Positions 39,353 to 50,345 are shown, counted from the first letter of the stretch. The stretch is DNA of 64,000 bases from Candidatus Poribacteria bacterium (GCA_964291315.2 OZ219753.1:2400001-2464000); one strand, 5' to 3'. Notes: generated by a model not told the origin, from the sequence alone. Numbers and translations: made by a program.

Positions 39353-41347
39353 GTGAGGTCTATGGACGGAACTTGCAACACCCATACAAGATCAATCGAT
39401 AACCGCCAACTAGGGACTAACAACTATTATGAGTCTCTTTGGTACGTGCCACTGCTCATTTTCTTGATCAGTTGTGCCTCATCCGTTAAAGATGCACCGT
39501 TTTCATGGAAGGTGACGTTCTTTTCGCTTGGGGCAAAGGCACGCCTGAGTGCGGAGGCACCTGTGCAGCGCCTGACTGCCTTTAACGCCGATGGCGTAAC
39601 GGTTGCACAGCTCAATTTTCCCGCTCCACCGCGTCAGATAGAATCCCTCTATTTTGAATGGCAGTCAGGGGAAACCTATAGGTTTGAAGCCACTTTGACA
39701 ACAGGGGATGTGGAGACTCAAACCCTAACGGCTCCGCGAAGATACACACAAGGTGGCTTAGAGATCGCTATCCCCTACGGTGTTGGAATGCAATCGGAGC
39801 CAGGCAGCACAGCAAGCAACGACCAAGTTGCTCTCGTCTTACACGAAACCGAGATGGCAGCCACCGTCCTCGTTAGAAACGGAAAGATGCCAGCGACCTT
39901 TGACGTCAACGTCTTTCTCCCGTCAACGTTGAGTGTTGCCCGTCTGCCGGCGGGTTGGAAAATCGAAATAACTGAGGCAGGAACACACCTCTCCACCACT
40001 GATAGATTTGGCGTTGCATCGGAGGTTTGGTATCGTGAGCTAATTTTGAAGACCTCCACGTCAATCGACTCAGGGAGGCAAGAAATTTCTGGGGTTGTCC
40101 AGTTCACAACAGACAGGGGGCAGGTATGGGAACACCGGACGACGGTACAGGTGCGTGTTGCAACTGTGCCAGAGATTACCGAGAATCTCTCAATAGTATC
40201 GATGGAGATGCCTACAGATGCAAAAGGAACAGCAGATCCAAAGCAACGAGCGGATACTATCTACTATCCACGCCCACTGTTCCGTTGGCTTGAGACCTCA
40301 CAGACGAACCCGTTCGAACCCACAACCTATCAGACCGTCCGGATCCGCAATGCGGGCGAGGAAACTATCCATGTGCTTGTGTCCTCGACCGCTAGAGATG
40401 TAAAGACGGGTGAAGTTGTGCCTTTCCTTTCGCCGCCGGAGGCAGCAAACGGTGGAACGAACCAGAGCGTCGCCTTCGCAAGTCTGCCCGGAGGCATCGT
40501 TACTGAAATTGCGTTACCTATCTATTTTCACCCGGTGTATTTAAAAGAAAGTAGGCCGGAACGGGCGGTCCCGGGGGAATACACGCGCGATATTGCAGTG
40601 AAGATCTGGGGAAGCGACACGACAATATTCCGCGCAAAACAGCCACTCCATCTGATGGTGCCAAATCGACAAGCACTGCTCGTCAGTCTACTAGCGATCG
40701 TCAGCAGCACCATCGGACTGGCAGTTGTTCTAAGACTACACAAACAACTGTTCGCCGGTTTCACAACAAAACAGCTCATTGTCATCGCGCTGTTTGGCAC
40801 AACCATGTTTGTGGCGGTGACTGTCCCGTCAACGCTATTTCTTAACTTGATTCGTGCTGTCCTGGGACCTATCTCTCTCCTGCTGACAGGCTTGATAAAT
40901 GAGACGCTCTACTATGCTTTGCTGACCGCGTTGCTCATCTATATTAATGGAAGCCCCGAAAGCAACGAGGGCGCTAATCGAAAACCATATCGTAAGGGCA
41001 GCGGGGTCATTCTGCTGGTCTCCGCAGTACGCTTACTTCTCAGCGGCGTGACCTTCGGGCTTTTTACACCAATAGCGATCGTCTACACTGGTGCAAGCGT
41101 ACTTCTGTTGGAAACAGGTTTTCTGTTCGTGCGAGAACGTAGCCTGTTCATGTGGGCAGTTGTGTTGAGCCTCTGTGACGCCATCGCCGTCTATGTCGAT
41201 TTTCAACTCTCTATATTCCTCTACCGGCTTTTCTACGCCGATTGGTATATTATTCTCCGGATCTTAATAGAGGGATTCGCCTATACGTTTATTGGGGTGC
41301 TACTCGGTGCAAGATTAGGACGAGGTCTCTGGCGTGTAGCGGATTAA
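39353..41347 (+). CDS. Large extracytoplasmic domain fused to a multi-TM membrane domain (ECF S-component-like)
   Basis: LIFLISC lipobox-like segment; about 400 aa beta-rich region; then 6-7 TM helices starting FTTKQLIVIALFG. The start codon is uncertain. Confidence 0.65.
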   Translation: MRSMDGTCNTHTRSIDNRQLGTNNYYESLWYVPLLIFLISCASSVKDAPFSWKVTFFSLGAKARLSAEAPVQRLTAFNADGVTVAQLNFPAPPRQIESLYFEWQSGETYRFEATLTTGDVETQTLTAPRRYTQGGLEIAIPYGVGMQSEPGSTASNDQVALVLHETEMAATVLVRNGKMPATFDVNVFLPSTLSVARLPAGWKIEITEAGTHLSTTDRFGVASEVWYRELILKTSTSIDSGRQEISGVVQFTTDRGQVWEHRTTVQVRVATVPEITENLSIVSMEMPTDAKGTADPKQRADTIYYPRPLFRWLETSQTNPFEPTTYQTVRIRNAGEETIHVLVSSTARDVKTGEVVPFLSPPEAANGGTNQSVAFASLPGGIVTEIALPIYFHPVYLKESRPERAVPGEYTRDIAVKIWGSDTTIFRAKQPLHLMVPNRQALLVSLLAIVSSTIGLAVVLRLHKQLFAGFTTKQLIVIALFGTTMFVAVTVPSTLFLNLIRAVLGPISLLLTGLINETLYYALLTALLIYINGSPESNEGANRKPYRKGSGVILLVSAVRLLLSGVTFGLFTPIAIVYTGASVLLLETGFLFVRERSLFMWAVVLSLCDAIAVYVDFQLSIFLYRLFYADWYIILRILIEGFAYTFIGVLLGARLGRGLWRVAD

Positions 41348-41527
41348 ACTATCAGTCCATACGCTGAAGCATGCCACACACTAACACCCTGTGCTACAAT
41401 GTTCCTATTCATTTCTAAACCTTACTGTCGAACTTACGTTGACGATCTATACCGAGTAACTCACAAAGAAACGCGAAACCTGCAGTCCGAACAACGCAGA
41501 AAATTTACAACACAAGGAAACACGATC

Positions 41528-43225
41528 ATGAAGCGGATTCAATTTTTTAGTTTGCTCTGTCTGTTTACGATCTTACCTGTCAGTATTGTGACAGCCGACA
41601 TAGGTATCACTTGGGTAAGGACAGGCGTAGTGCTTGAAGTTCAACACGAAAATGGTCTCGAGACCGAGATTAACGTCACAACTACGGTTAACGGAACAGC
41701 ACAAGCATTAACCACACCGCCCACAATCCAACGGTTTGATGTGAACCGTGCTTTGCTCCAGTTTGAATGGCAACCCAATCAAAATTACCAATTCCGCTTG
41801 AACGATACGGAAACGACAGCGACAGCTCCGCTAAAGCCTGAACCTTACCTCATCCGTACCGTCGAATTAGATGGTCTCTTGTCATTGATGGAAAACTTGC
41901 GTCGACCGGCAACGCCGACAGCCGTTGCTTTAAGCTCCGGAAACGCTCTTGGCACAGAAAAATTGGCGGTTGCAACCGACAGCGGGCATCTCGCTCTTCT
42001 CCACCCCATCACAGGGAAAACGCTCTGGAAAACCCGTATCTCGGAAGGTTACGTGCGGCAACTTGCATTTAGTGCTGACAGTACCTCGCTCTACATTGGG
42101 GAACAAGCAGCAGACGGGTTCATCTATTGCTACAGTCTAACAGACGATACACCCAAACCTCGCTGGAAATACCGGACCGCTGATGATATCGAGACTTCTA
42201 CACCGCGCGACCCGGAGAGCGCCTACGCATGGGTTAGCTATCCGGGTCAGGCTTGTATGCAAACGTTGACGAACGGGGATCTTCTGGCTGCAGGTGTGCA
42301 TTCGTGGACAGAAAACGATATACCACAGAAGAAGTCCCAGCTCTATAGGTTTGAGAGTGAAACCGGAAACGTTATTTGGAAATGGCCACATAACAACCCG
42401 GTATCAAGGATAATCCGCTGGTTTGATATAAGTGCTGACGGGGAAACCCTCGCGCTCGTAACAGATGCCGGACACAATCTACAAGGAGCAACAACTGAAA
42501 ACGAGCTTGGCAATGGGAGACTGGTCCTTCTCAACACAGAAGATGGCACAGAAAAATGGCGCACCGATATTGACCCCTTGAGTCCCTATTTTTCGCAGGT
42601 TACGTTTTGGCGCGGGGTCAGTGTATCGCCTGATGGCACGTTCGTCAACGTAACAACGGACGACGGGCGCTCCTTCATTTTCGATGTCAATACATCTGAA
42701 CCGGTATGGCAAGAGAATCTGGCGACACCGTTAGAGGTGAGCGGTGTCCCCATCGTTGCTACTTCTGGCACGATTGGCGCGACGGATGCAGCCGCACTTT
42801 TTGTGACGGGTGACACGTATATTCCGTACCACCTCCGAAAAGGCACACAACGCCCTTCGGCTGCACATCCAAACGGGATGACACTGTTTGCCTATTCTTG
42901 GACAGGCAAAAAAATCTGGCAGTGGCAACTTGAGAATATGCCGCAAGGTTTACGTATAGACACAAAGGATCGCTATGCCTTGTTGTCTGTTTCTAAGCGC
43001 GCACAAAATCCGAATGAGAACCTCCACGGCGTGTCAATGTTTGACCTAACAGCAGCAGGAGGCGGTTTATCGAAATATCTGTACACCTATCGCACAGAGG
43101 GGCAGCTGCCTTATGATACGCTCGCGATCAGCGAGGACGGCGCGCTCGTCGTCGTTGTTGAAATCCCTATTGTAATGCAGGACGAAACGACGCGCGGAAA
43201 AAATCGGGTGCATCTACTCTATTGA
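41528..43225 (+). CDS. Secreted PQQ-like/WD40 beta-propeller protein
   Basis: MKRIQFF..IVTA signal with AAGGA SD; repeated GKTLWK, GNVIWK, GTEKWR, GKKIWQ blades. Confidence 0.8.
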   Translation: MKRIQFFSLLCLFTILPVSIVTADIGITWVRTGVVLEVQHENGLETEINVTTTVNGTAQALTTPPTIQRFDVNRALLQFEWQPNQNYQFRLNDTETTATAPLKPEPYLIRTVELDGLLSLMENLRRPATPTAVALSSGNALGTEKLAVATDSGHLALLHPITGKTLWKTRISEGYVRQLAFSADSTSLYIGEQAADGFIYCYSLTDDTPKPRWKYRTADDIETSTPRDPESAYAWVSYPGQACMQTLTNGDLLAAGVHSWTENDIPQKKSQLYRFESETGNVIWKWPHNNPVSRIIRWFDISADGETLALVTDAGHNLQGATTENELGNGRLVLLNTEDGTEKWRTDIDPLSPYFSQVTFWRGVSVSPDGTFVNVTTDDGRSFIFDVNTSEPVWQENLATPLEVSGVPIVATSGTIGATDAAALFVTGDTYIPYHLRKGTQRPSAAHPNGMTLFAYSWTGKKIWQWQLENMPQGLRIDTKDRYALLSVSKRAQNPNENLHGVSMFDLTAAGGGLSKYLYTYRTEGQLPYDTLAISEDGALVVVVEIPIVMQDETTRGKNRVHLLY

Positions 43226-43364
43226 GATTGATAGGCGATATTCTAGGGGCCCGATTAAAAGCAGACGATGTCGCCCTTTTGACCGATTAATTTGCGATGT
43301 CGACAAATATGTTATAAAATATATTCGTGAGAAATAAGCGAACTATTCAAAATTGGAGGTTTAA

Positions 43365-45158
43365 ATGACCAAAAACAAGAAATTACAGCGTTGGGTTGAA
43401 GAAGCCGCAGAGCTCTGCCAGCCTGAAGCTATCCACTGGTGTGAAGGGTCTCAGGAAGAAAACGACCGGCTCTGCGAAGCATTGGTACAAAAAGGCACGT
43501 TTGTCCGATTGGACCCCAAAAAACGTCCGGGAAGTTATCTTGCCCGCTCCAGCCCCGCCGATGTCGCGCGCGTTGAAGACAGAACCTTTATTTGTGCAAA
43601 GAACCCGGTTGAAGCAGGCCCCACCAACAACTGGCACGATCCGGAAGAGATGAAAACTACTCTCAAAGGGCTCTTCAAAGGGTGTATGAGAGGCAGAACG
43701 ATGTACGTTGTGCCGTTCAGCATGGGGCCCCTCGGCTCCTCTATTTCGCACATCGGCGTTGAAATCAGTGATTCACCGTACGTCGTCGTCAACATGCGAA
43801 TCATGACCCGCATGGGCAGCGCTGTGCTTGACGTGTTGGGTGAAGATGGCGATTTCGTACCGTGTCTCCATTCTGTCGGAATGCCCCTCGAACCCGGGCA
43901 GACAGATGCTGTCTGGCCCTGCGATCCTGATAACAAATATATTGTGCACTTTCCAGAAGAACGTTCCATCTGGTCCTACGGTAGTGGGTACGGTGGTAAC
44001 GCACTGTTAGGGAAAAAATGCTATGCCCTCCGCATTGCTTCTGTGATGGCGAAAAATGACGGATGGATGGCAGAACACATGCTTATCTTGGGACTCACCA
44101 GTCCTGAAGGTGAGAAAACTTACATCGCGGCGGCGTTTCCGAGTGCATGTGGTAAAACGAACCTCGCCATGCTCACGCCAACCCTGCCCGGTTGGAAAGC
44201 CGAAACAATCGGCGACGACATCGCTTGGATGAAATTTGGTGAAGACGGCCGGCTCTACGCGATTAATCCAGAAGCTGGCTTTTTTGGCGTTGCACCCGGG
44301 ACATCAATGCACACCAACCCAAATGCAATGCACACCCTCGAATCAAATTCCATCTTCACGAATACCGCACTCACAGAAGACACAGATGTCTGGTGGGAAG
44401 AGATGAGCGAAGAACCGCCTGAAACGCTAACAAGTTGGCTTGGCGAAGAATGGCATCCTGGGGATGAAAAGACAGCGGCGCATCCGAACGCCCGCTATAC
44501 AACGCCCGCCTCACAATGTCCAATCATCGATCCGAACTGGGAAAATCCTAACGGGGTCCCGATTTCTGCTATTCTTTTTGGGGGCCGACGTGCCACGACC
44601 GTTCCGCTTGTGTTTGAGAGCTTCAATTGGCAGCACGGTACGTTCATCGGCTCCATCGCTTCTTCTGAACGCACTGCTGCTGCTGCTGGTACAGTCGGCG
44701 AACTCCGACGCGACCCGATGGCGATGCTCCCTTTCTGTGGCTATAACATGGGCGACTACTTCGCACACTGGCTGCAGATGGGCAAGAGCACCGATGCTAG
44801 CAAGCTGCCAAAGATTTTCTACGTCAATTGGTTCCGTAAAGATGCTGACGGCGGTTGGCTCTGGCCCGGCTTCGGTGAAAACAGCCGTGTGCTTAAGTGG
44901 GTCGTGGAACGCGTCTCCGGAAAAGGAGAAGCGGTCGAAACACCCATCGGCTACCTGCCTGCCCCCGATGCAATTGACACTACGGGTCTGGACATCACAG
45001 GCACACAGATGGATGAGCTCCTGAACGTCGATGTTGAAGAATGGCTCAACGAAATTGAGTCGATTCGAGAACACTACCAACGTTTTGGCGAGAGGTTACC
45101 CAAGGTGTTGGCTGATGAATTGGCGGCGTTAGAGGCTCGCTTGCGCGAAAACCTATAG
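43365..45158 (+). CDS. pckG: Phosphoenolpyruvate carboxykinase (GTP)
   Basis: [49 protein letters not shown]. Confidence 0.98.
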   Translation: MTKNKKLQRWVEEAAELCQPEAIHWCEGSQEENDRLCEALVQKGTFVRLDPKKRPGSYLARSSPADVARVEDRTFICAKNPVEAGPTNNWHDPEEMKTTLKGLFKGCMRGRTMYVVPFSMGPLGSSISHIGVEISDSPYVVVNMRIMTRMGSAVLDVLGEDGDFVPCLHSVGMPLEPGQTDAVWPCDPDNKYIVHFPEERSIWSYGSGYGGNALLGKKCYALRIASVMAKNDGWMAEHMLILGLTSPEGEKTYIAAAFPSACGKTNLAMLTPTLPGWKAETIGDDIAWMKFGEDGRLYAINPEAGFFGVAPGTSMHTNPNAMHTLESNSIFTNTALTEDTDVWWEEMSEEPPETLTSWLGEEWHPGDEKTAAHPNARYTTPASQCPIIDPNWENPNGVPISAILFGGRRATTVPLVFESFNWQHGTFIGSIASSERTAAAAGTVGELRRDPMAMLPFCGYNMGDYFAHWLQMGKSTDASKLPKIFYVNWFRKDADGGWLWPGFGENSRVLKWVVERVSGKGEAVETPIGYLPAPDAIDTTGLDITGTQMDELLNVDVEEWLNEIESIREHYQRFGERLPKVLADELAALEARLRENL

Positions 45159-45185
45159 GACCCAGCACTTCGAATTAATTGAATC

Positions 45186-45215
45186 ATAGGGCAGGGCACT
45201 TGTGCCCTGCCCTAT
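45186..45215. terminator. Perfect hairpin between the convergent pckG and patatin genes
   Basis: ATAGGGCAGGGCA-CTTG-TGCCCTGCCCTAT. Confidence 0.8.
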
Positions 45216-45305
45216 TTACTTGCCCGCATCCACTCCACGTTTCCTCACACCGCGGAGATTCCTATCAGTCTATAGCATGCATATAACGAAATTCGGGGGT
45301 AAATT

Positions 45306-46223
45306 TCACGGCTGCAAGCCGCGCAGGAACCCCTCAATTTCTGCAGTGTGCTCTCCAAAGTCTCTATCGGCAAGAGCCTTGAGATTATCCAGCTGTGTCA
45401 GGCCATCCAGATCCCAGAAATCGATCCTCGGATTAATCCGCAGGTAGTTCTCTTTTAGGAGAAGTTGTGCAATGTGCGCGGCCCCTTGAGACTGAAGTGT
45501 CATCACGTAAGAGGTCAACTTTGCTCCACCCCATTTGGTGAGGAATCCCCAACCGCGACCGTTGCGGTACATGTTCACGGAATGGCCTGTGCCGATGGAC
45601 AGCAGGCGAACCAATTGGGGGCCTTTTCCAAATGCCGAGAGTGCCTCTGTGAAAGCAATTACTGCGGGATTATTTGCCCAAAGGCCGCCATCTGCTAACA
45701 AGGAAGTGTTGACAGGTTTAGGAGCAAAAAATGTAGGAGCGGCGCAGGAGGCGAGGATCGCATCTCTTAAACTTACCGCTTTATCCGAAGAATGAGGTTC
45801 ACCCGGTTTGTTTGCGTAATTTGATCTGAAAATGTAGGCTTCGCTTTGGGCGATCTCGGAACTCGTTATCATCAAAGGGGTTGCTATTTCGCCCAGGGGC
45901 GTCGCGGGTAAGTGCGCAGCGAGGATTTGAGAAAGAATTCGACTCGGATATTTACTAAGAAACAACGGAATACGATACCACCTTCTTCTGAAGATACGCG
46001 GTGCTTCGGTCTCAAAAAGTCTGACAATGTCTTGCATAGGGATATTGGAGACAGCGGCCCCGGCAACAATTGCCCCCGTGCTTGTCCCAGCGATCAGATC
46101 GAAACAGGTTTGAATAGGCGTTTGAAAGGTCTGTTCAATTTTGGCAAGGAGCTGTGCAGTGTATATGCCGCGGGTACCGCCGCCGTCCAACGCGAGGATA
46201 TGGAAGGGGTCCGTGTTTGTCAT
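45306..46223 (-). CDS. Patatin-like phospholipase (CapV-like)
   Basis: ILALDGGGTRG, FDLIAGTSTG, ASCAAPTFF, DGGLWANNP, LSIGTG. Confidence 0.9.
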   Translation of the reverse strand: MTNTDPFHILALDGGGTRGIYTAQLLAKIEQTFQTPIQTCFDLIAGTSTGAIVAGAAVSNIPMQDIVRLFETEAPRIFRRRWYRIPLFLSKYPSRILSQILAAHLPATPLGEIATPLMITSSEIAQSEAYIFRSNYANKPGEPHSSDKAVSLRDAILASCAAPTFFAPKPVNTSLLADGGLWANNPAVIAFTEALSAFGKGPQLVRLLSIGTGHSVNMYRNGRGWGFLTKWGGAKLTSYVMTLQSQGAAHIAQLLLKENYLRINPRIDFWDLDGLTQLDNLKALADRDFGEHTAEIEGFLRGLQP

Positions 46224-46240
46224 GGAGCGTTTTTCTGTGG

Positions 46241-47218
46241 TTATTTTGCCTCCTCGTTTTCGAGTGGTTCCCCATCGGCGGAATTGAGTTCTTTGATGCG
46301 AGGCTGAAAAACATTATAGAATTTTTCAATAGTAGTAGCGAGCCATTTGTGTTGCTCGGGCCAATCACTCTCATTCGCCGGATCTGCGTTGCTCTTTCGT
46401 AAAGAGATTTGTCTTGTCCCATCAGACTTTTCTGACCAGCCAAGTTGCCCCTCAAATTCGTTTTCGATCTCTTCACGTTTTTCTTTCAGCGAGTTGAAAT
46501 ATCCCTTACTATTTTCTCCTTCTATGTGAATTGAGACCGCAATACCTTTTTTCTGTTTTTGTCTTCTCTGCAATGCTTCTATCCAGAAGGGACGTTCTAT
46601 CGGGAAGTAAATTTCTCCCCTTTTCTTTGGTTTCGGGAATTGAAGCTGACTCTTTGCCTGCTTCATATGTTCTAGCAATTTAGTCCAGAATTCGAACTGC
46701 TGCTCCTCTCTTGGGGTGAGGTTAGTGTTTCGGCTCACCTTGCGGCTCCAGGTATTAGGGCTCGAAACAATCTCGAATTGTGGAGCGGGATCGGAATTCC
46801 CAATTTTCCACACCTTAATTTCTATGCCGAAATACTTAAAACGTTCATCTGTAATTTCATTTTGATGGTCAAGCGCGGCACGGTGTTCTTCTCTAATTTT
46901 TTTCGCAATCCAGATAATTGTGTGAGCCTTCAATCCAGCTGCGTACGTCATAATTTGACCGAGGTGGGTGTGATCGCTTACTTCCAACTGGTTTTCGATT
47001 AGAACCAGTGAACCATTCCTTGTATTTCTGCACAGGATGTCTGCCCGGAAGTCCCCAACGTCTGTCTCTTGTGCTTTCAGTTCAAATTCCATACCCAATG
47101 TTTCACCGAGGAGGTTAAGGTTTTCCTCCTTCGCTAACCAAGGAGTGAAGTGCTGGGCTTCGGTTTCCCAGATTTCGCGAAGGTCAACCGGTTCAAGATT
47201 GGCCAGTTTTTTACACAT
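46241..47218 (-). CDS. DUF4268-domain protein with an N-terminal NucS-like nuclease fold
   Basis: LREIWETEAQHFTPWL, GDFRADIL, IENQL..DHTHLGQ; C-terminal EIENEFEGQLGW..WPEQHKWL. Confidence 0.85.
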   Translation of the reverse strand: MCKKLANLEPVDLREIWETEAQHFTPWLAKEENLNLLGETLGMEFELKAQETDVGDFRADILCRNTRNGSLVLIENQLEVSDHTHLGQIMTYAAGLKAHTIIWIAKKIREEHRAALDHQNEITDERFKYFGIEIKVWKIGNSDPAPQFEIVSSPNTWSRKVSRNTNLTPREEQQFEFWTKLLEHMKQAKSQLQFPKPKKRGEIYFPIERPFWIEALQRRQKQKKGIAVSIHIEGENSKGYFNSLKEKREEIENEFEGQLGWSEKSDGTRQISLRKSNADPANESDWPEQHKWLATTIEKFYNVFQPRIKELNSADGEPLENEEAK

Positions 47219-47377
47219 AAAATATTGTCTCCCTTGTATATCCTAATTTCTTACATCTCATATTGCAATCATAATACTATATCGCTTTGCGGAAATCAAT
47301 TGAAAATAAAATTATCTTGACACAGATGCCCGGCTTTTGGTAGAATGCTGCTCAAAATAGTGCGATAAGGAGAGCTC

Positions 47378-48094
47378 ATGAATCGTAGAAATTTTTTAAT
47401 TCAAGGAAGTACAACGTTGGTAGGAATTTTTCTTGCCAACAGCCCGCTGCGTGTATATGCTGACCAGCATGATCATCAGATGGATCAGAATCTACCGCCG
47501 CTTCCGTACGCTTACGATGCCCTTGAACCACATATTGATAAACGCACAATGGAGATCCATCACGGGAAGCATCACCAAGGCTATATTAATAAACTCAATG
47601 CCGCAATTGCGCGCAGCCATGACTTGCAGCACATGACGCTTGAGCAGATGCTCCGCAATACCGATAAAGTAGCAAAGAACCTCCGTCAGACTGTGATTAA
47701 CAGCGGTGGCGGGCACGCGAACCACACGCTTTTCTGGAGCATTATGAAACCCGGCGGCAGCGAACCGATGGGGAAAGTTGCGGAAGCTTTGCAGTCAACG
47801 TTCGGCTCATTTGATGCTGGCAGCGAAATGTTTGTCAAGGCGGCGAAAACACATTTCGGATCAGGTTGGGCGTGGCTTGTTGTCGACCAAAACAAGAAGT
47901 TGCAGATCTATTCAACATCTAATCAGGATAGCCCCTTGATGAAGGCACATACGCCTATACTGGGTCTCGATGTTTGGGAACACGCTTACTACCTCAAATA
48001 CCAGAACCGACGCGCCGACTACATTGATGCATGGAGCAAGGTCATCCATTGGGAACAAGTTAACACCAACTATCTTGCGGCGATGAACGCGTAA
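47378..48094 (+). CDS. sodA: Superoxide dismutase (probably Mn) with a twin-arginine signal
   Basis: MNRRNFL; HHGKHH, GGGHANH, FGSGWAWL, NQDSP, DVWEHAYY. Confidence 0.93.
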   Translation: MNRRNFLIQGSTTLVGIFLANSPLRVYADQHDHQMDQNLPPLPYAYDALEPHIDKRTMEIHHGKHHQGYINKLNAAIARSHDLQHMTLEQMLRNTDKVAKNLRQTVINSGGGHANHTLFWSIMKPGGSEPMGKVAEALQSTFGSFDAGSEMFVKAAKTHFGSGWAWLVVDQNKKLQIYSTSNQDSPLMKAHTPILGLDVWEHAYYLKYQNRRADYIDAWSKVIHWEQVNTNYLAAMNA

Positions 48095-48145
48095 CCTGCC
48101 CACAACCAAGTGGAGGGCAGAGACAGACTTGATGCGTGAAAAAAT

Positions 48146-48925
48146 ATGAATATAACTGATGAACAGAAACAGCAATTCCGAGAGGAAGGCTATCTCATTT
48201 TAGAAAGTGTTATTCCGGAGTCACTACTAGAGCTGCTCCGGGGTGAGTGTGGTAACTTTATCAGCCAGATGGACGCTGAGATGGATCGTCAGGAGACGGA
48301 TGTCCTCGGCATTAACCACCGCAACAAGCGGTATTTTGTCTCAAATTGTTTCAGGAAACAACCGAAACTTCGTGAGTTTCTGTTCAGCGATTTGATGGCG
48401 GAAGTTTGCCGTGCAACTTTAGGCGATACCGCTTACCTTTTCTGGGAGCAATACGTTGTCAAAGGCGCAGAAGCCGGCATGAAGTTCAGCTGGCATCAGG
48501 ACTCTGGGTATGTCGGCTATCCTGACCACAAACCGTATCTCACCTGTTGGTGCGCACTTGACGATATGTCGGAAGAGAACGGAACCGTCTATGTGATGCC
48601 GTTTTCACAGATCGGCATCCGCTCTTGGGTGAAGCATATCCGTGAAGAGGGTAGCAACGATATGGTTGGCTACTTTGGGGAAAAGAGGGGAGTGCCTGCT
48701 ATCGTGCCTGCTGGAAGCATCGTTGCATTTACAAGCATCAACTTCCACTGCAGCGGGGCGAACCACACGAATAAGCTGCGACGCGCCTACCTTGCTCAAT
48801 ATTCTGCGCAGCCCCTTCTGTCGCATGACGGGAGTCGTTTGTGGGGAAATGCAGAACCGTTCTTGAAAGCAGGGGAGTCTGTGATCGGAGAATCACCGCC
48901 AGATATTGCCACCCGGTCTGATTAA
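48146..48925 (+). CDS. PhyH-family 2-oxoglutarate/Fe(II) dioxygenase
   Basis: QFREEGYL, WHQD, WCALDD..ENG, HCSGAN..RRA. Confidence 0.9.
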   Translation: MNITDEQKQQFREEGYLILESVIPESLLELLRGECGNFISQMDAEMDRQETDVLGINHRNKRYFVSNCFRKQPKLREFLFSDLMAEVCRATLGDTAYLFWEQYVVKGAEAGMKFSWHQDSGYVGYPDHKPYLTCWCALDDMSEENGTVYVMPFSQIGIRSWVKHIREEGSNDMVGYFGEKRGVPAIVPAGSIVAFTSINFHCSGANHTNKLRRAYLAQYSAQPLLSHDGSRLWGNAEPFLKAGESVIGESPPDIATRSD

Positions 48926-48965
48926 CGACACAAAATCATGGGGTGCTGATTTTTAGATCGTTTCA

Positions 48966-50234
48966 TTACTCCGCTCCGACTTTACGCGGCGTGAAGCCTG
49001 TCAAATAGTTCCCGATTTTATCCTGAATACTGCGCGCAAGTGCCGGGGGACCGATATAGTGGCTAATGAGAATACTGAACGCAAAGACTTCATCGGCTGT
49101 CGTGACGGTATAGCCAGCGAGTGCCGAAACGCCGCTCAATGTGCCTGTTTTTGCACGCAACACCCTTTCAGCAGACACGCCTTGCATCCGATGTCTTAAA
49201 GTTCCATCAACACCAGCGATCGGTAGGGAAGCCAGATACTCCGGCATCAACTCGAAATTCTGATACATATAGACGAGCAGAGTCGTGAGCAATTCGGCGC
49301 TGAGAAGGTTGTAGCGAGAGAGCCCAGAACCGTCAACCAATCGATGTACCGGTCGGTCGTCCATGACTTCTTCTAAGAACCCAGCGACAACTTCTTTCCC
49401 CTTTTTCCATGTTCCGGGTTCACCTCTCATTTCAGCCCCGATCGTTTTAAACACTAGCTCGGCGATCCAATTGTCACTGGGTTTGTTCATTCGTTTCAGA
49501 ATATCAGCGAGCGGCGGCGATAGATGCTTAGCGACAATACACGCATCTGAGGGTACCGTGCCAGACACCACTTCCCCTGCCACGCTAATGCCTTTCTCCA
49601 CGAGTGCGGTTTTCAGAAGATGACCACATGCAAAGGCACTATTCCGTATGTTCGTGTCGGGTTTAATATCACGAACGCTCAAAGCGCCGATTATAAGCGG
49701 TCTGTCGTCCCACATCCACCCCGGCCCTTCCGGCACACGGTCTAAATATGTTTCATCGGTGACGATGTTGCCTTGTATGCATTGTACCCCTCTCTGCAGA
49801 AGTGCATCGACTAATTTTAGCAGATCATTACGCTGAAGCACCGGATCCGCTCTACCTTTGAGGTAGATATTGCCGGTGATCCTCGCGTCCATAGTCGCAT
49901 CAACATAGAGCGTTGTTTCAAATCGGTAGTTTGCCCCTAATTTTGCCAAGGCAGCCGCCGCTGTAAGGAGTTTCGTCGTGGAGGCAGGATGATGTAGTTT
50001 GTGTGTGTTCTTTCCGTAAATTACTTTCCCTGTCTCAACAGCAACGACTTTGATACCGACGCTCGCTGTTGTAAACAAAGGATCCTGCAGAACAGCATCA
50101 ATATCGGTTTGTAGCTTTTCGAGCGGATCTGTAGAGTTCGCTAGGCTCTCAATTCGAATATGCTTTGTAGCAGGTATGCCACACCCTGATAGCAACAAGG
50201 CAAGACAAAACAGCACCATGGTATCAGTTTTCAT
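48966..50234 (-). CDS. dacB: D-Ala-D-Ala carboxypeptidase/endopeptidase (PBP4, peptidase S13), lipoprotein
   Basis: LLSGC lipobox; PASTTK, SDN, DGSGLSR, AKTGTL. The start was moved to MKTDT. Confidence 0.93.
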   Translation of the reverse strand: MKTDTMVLFCLALLLSGCGIPATKHIRIESLANSTDPLEKLQTDIDAVLQDPLFTTASVGIKVVAVETGKVIYGKNTHKLHHPASTTKLLTAAAALAKLGANYRFETTLYVDATMDARITGNIYLKGRADPVLQRNDLLKLVDALLQRGVQCIQGNIVTDETYLDRVPEGPGWMWDDRPLIIGALSVRDIKPDTNIRNSAFACGHLLKTALVEKGISVAGEVVSGTVPSDACIVAKHLSPPLADILKRMNKPSDNWIAELVFKTIGAEMRGEPGTWKKGKEVVAGFLEEVMDDRPVHRLVDGSGLSRYNLLSAELLTTLLVYMYQNFELMPEYLASLPIAGVDGTLRHRMQGVSAERVLRAKTGTLSGVSALAGYTVTTADEVFAFSILISHYIGPPALARSIQDKIGNYLTGFTPRKVGAE

Positions 50235-50345
50235 AGTCTCTAATGATACCACAACCCAACGAATTATCAAAATGCAAAGCGATAGGGATGGGGTTATTTG
50301 GTTTTCCGTTTTTCTTGCCTCTTTTGGCTGGAAGTTGTTTCTACC

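Noticed and set aside
45306-47218. Complete CBASS system
   Set aside because: No CD-NTase or Cap2/Cap3 genes are adjacent; kept only as a candidate pair.
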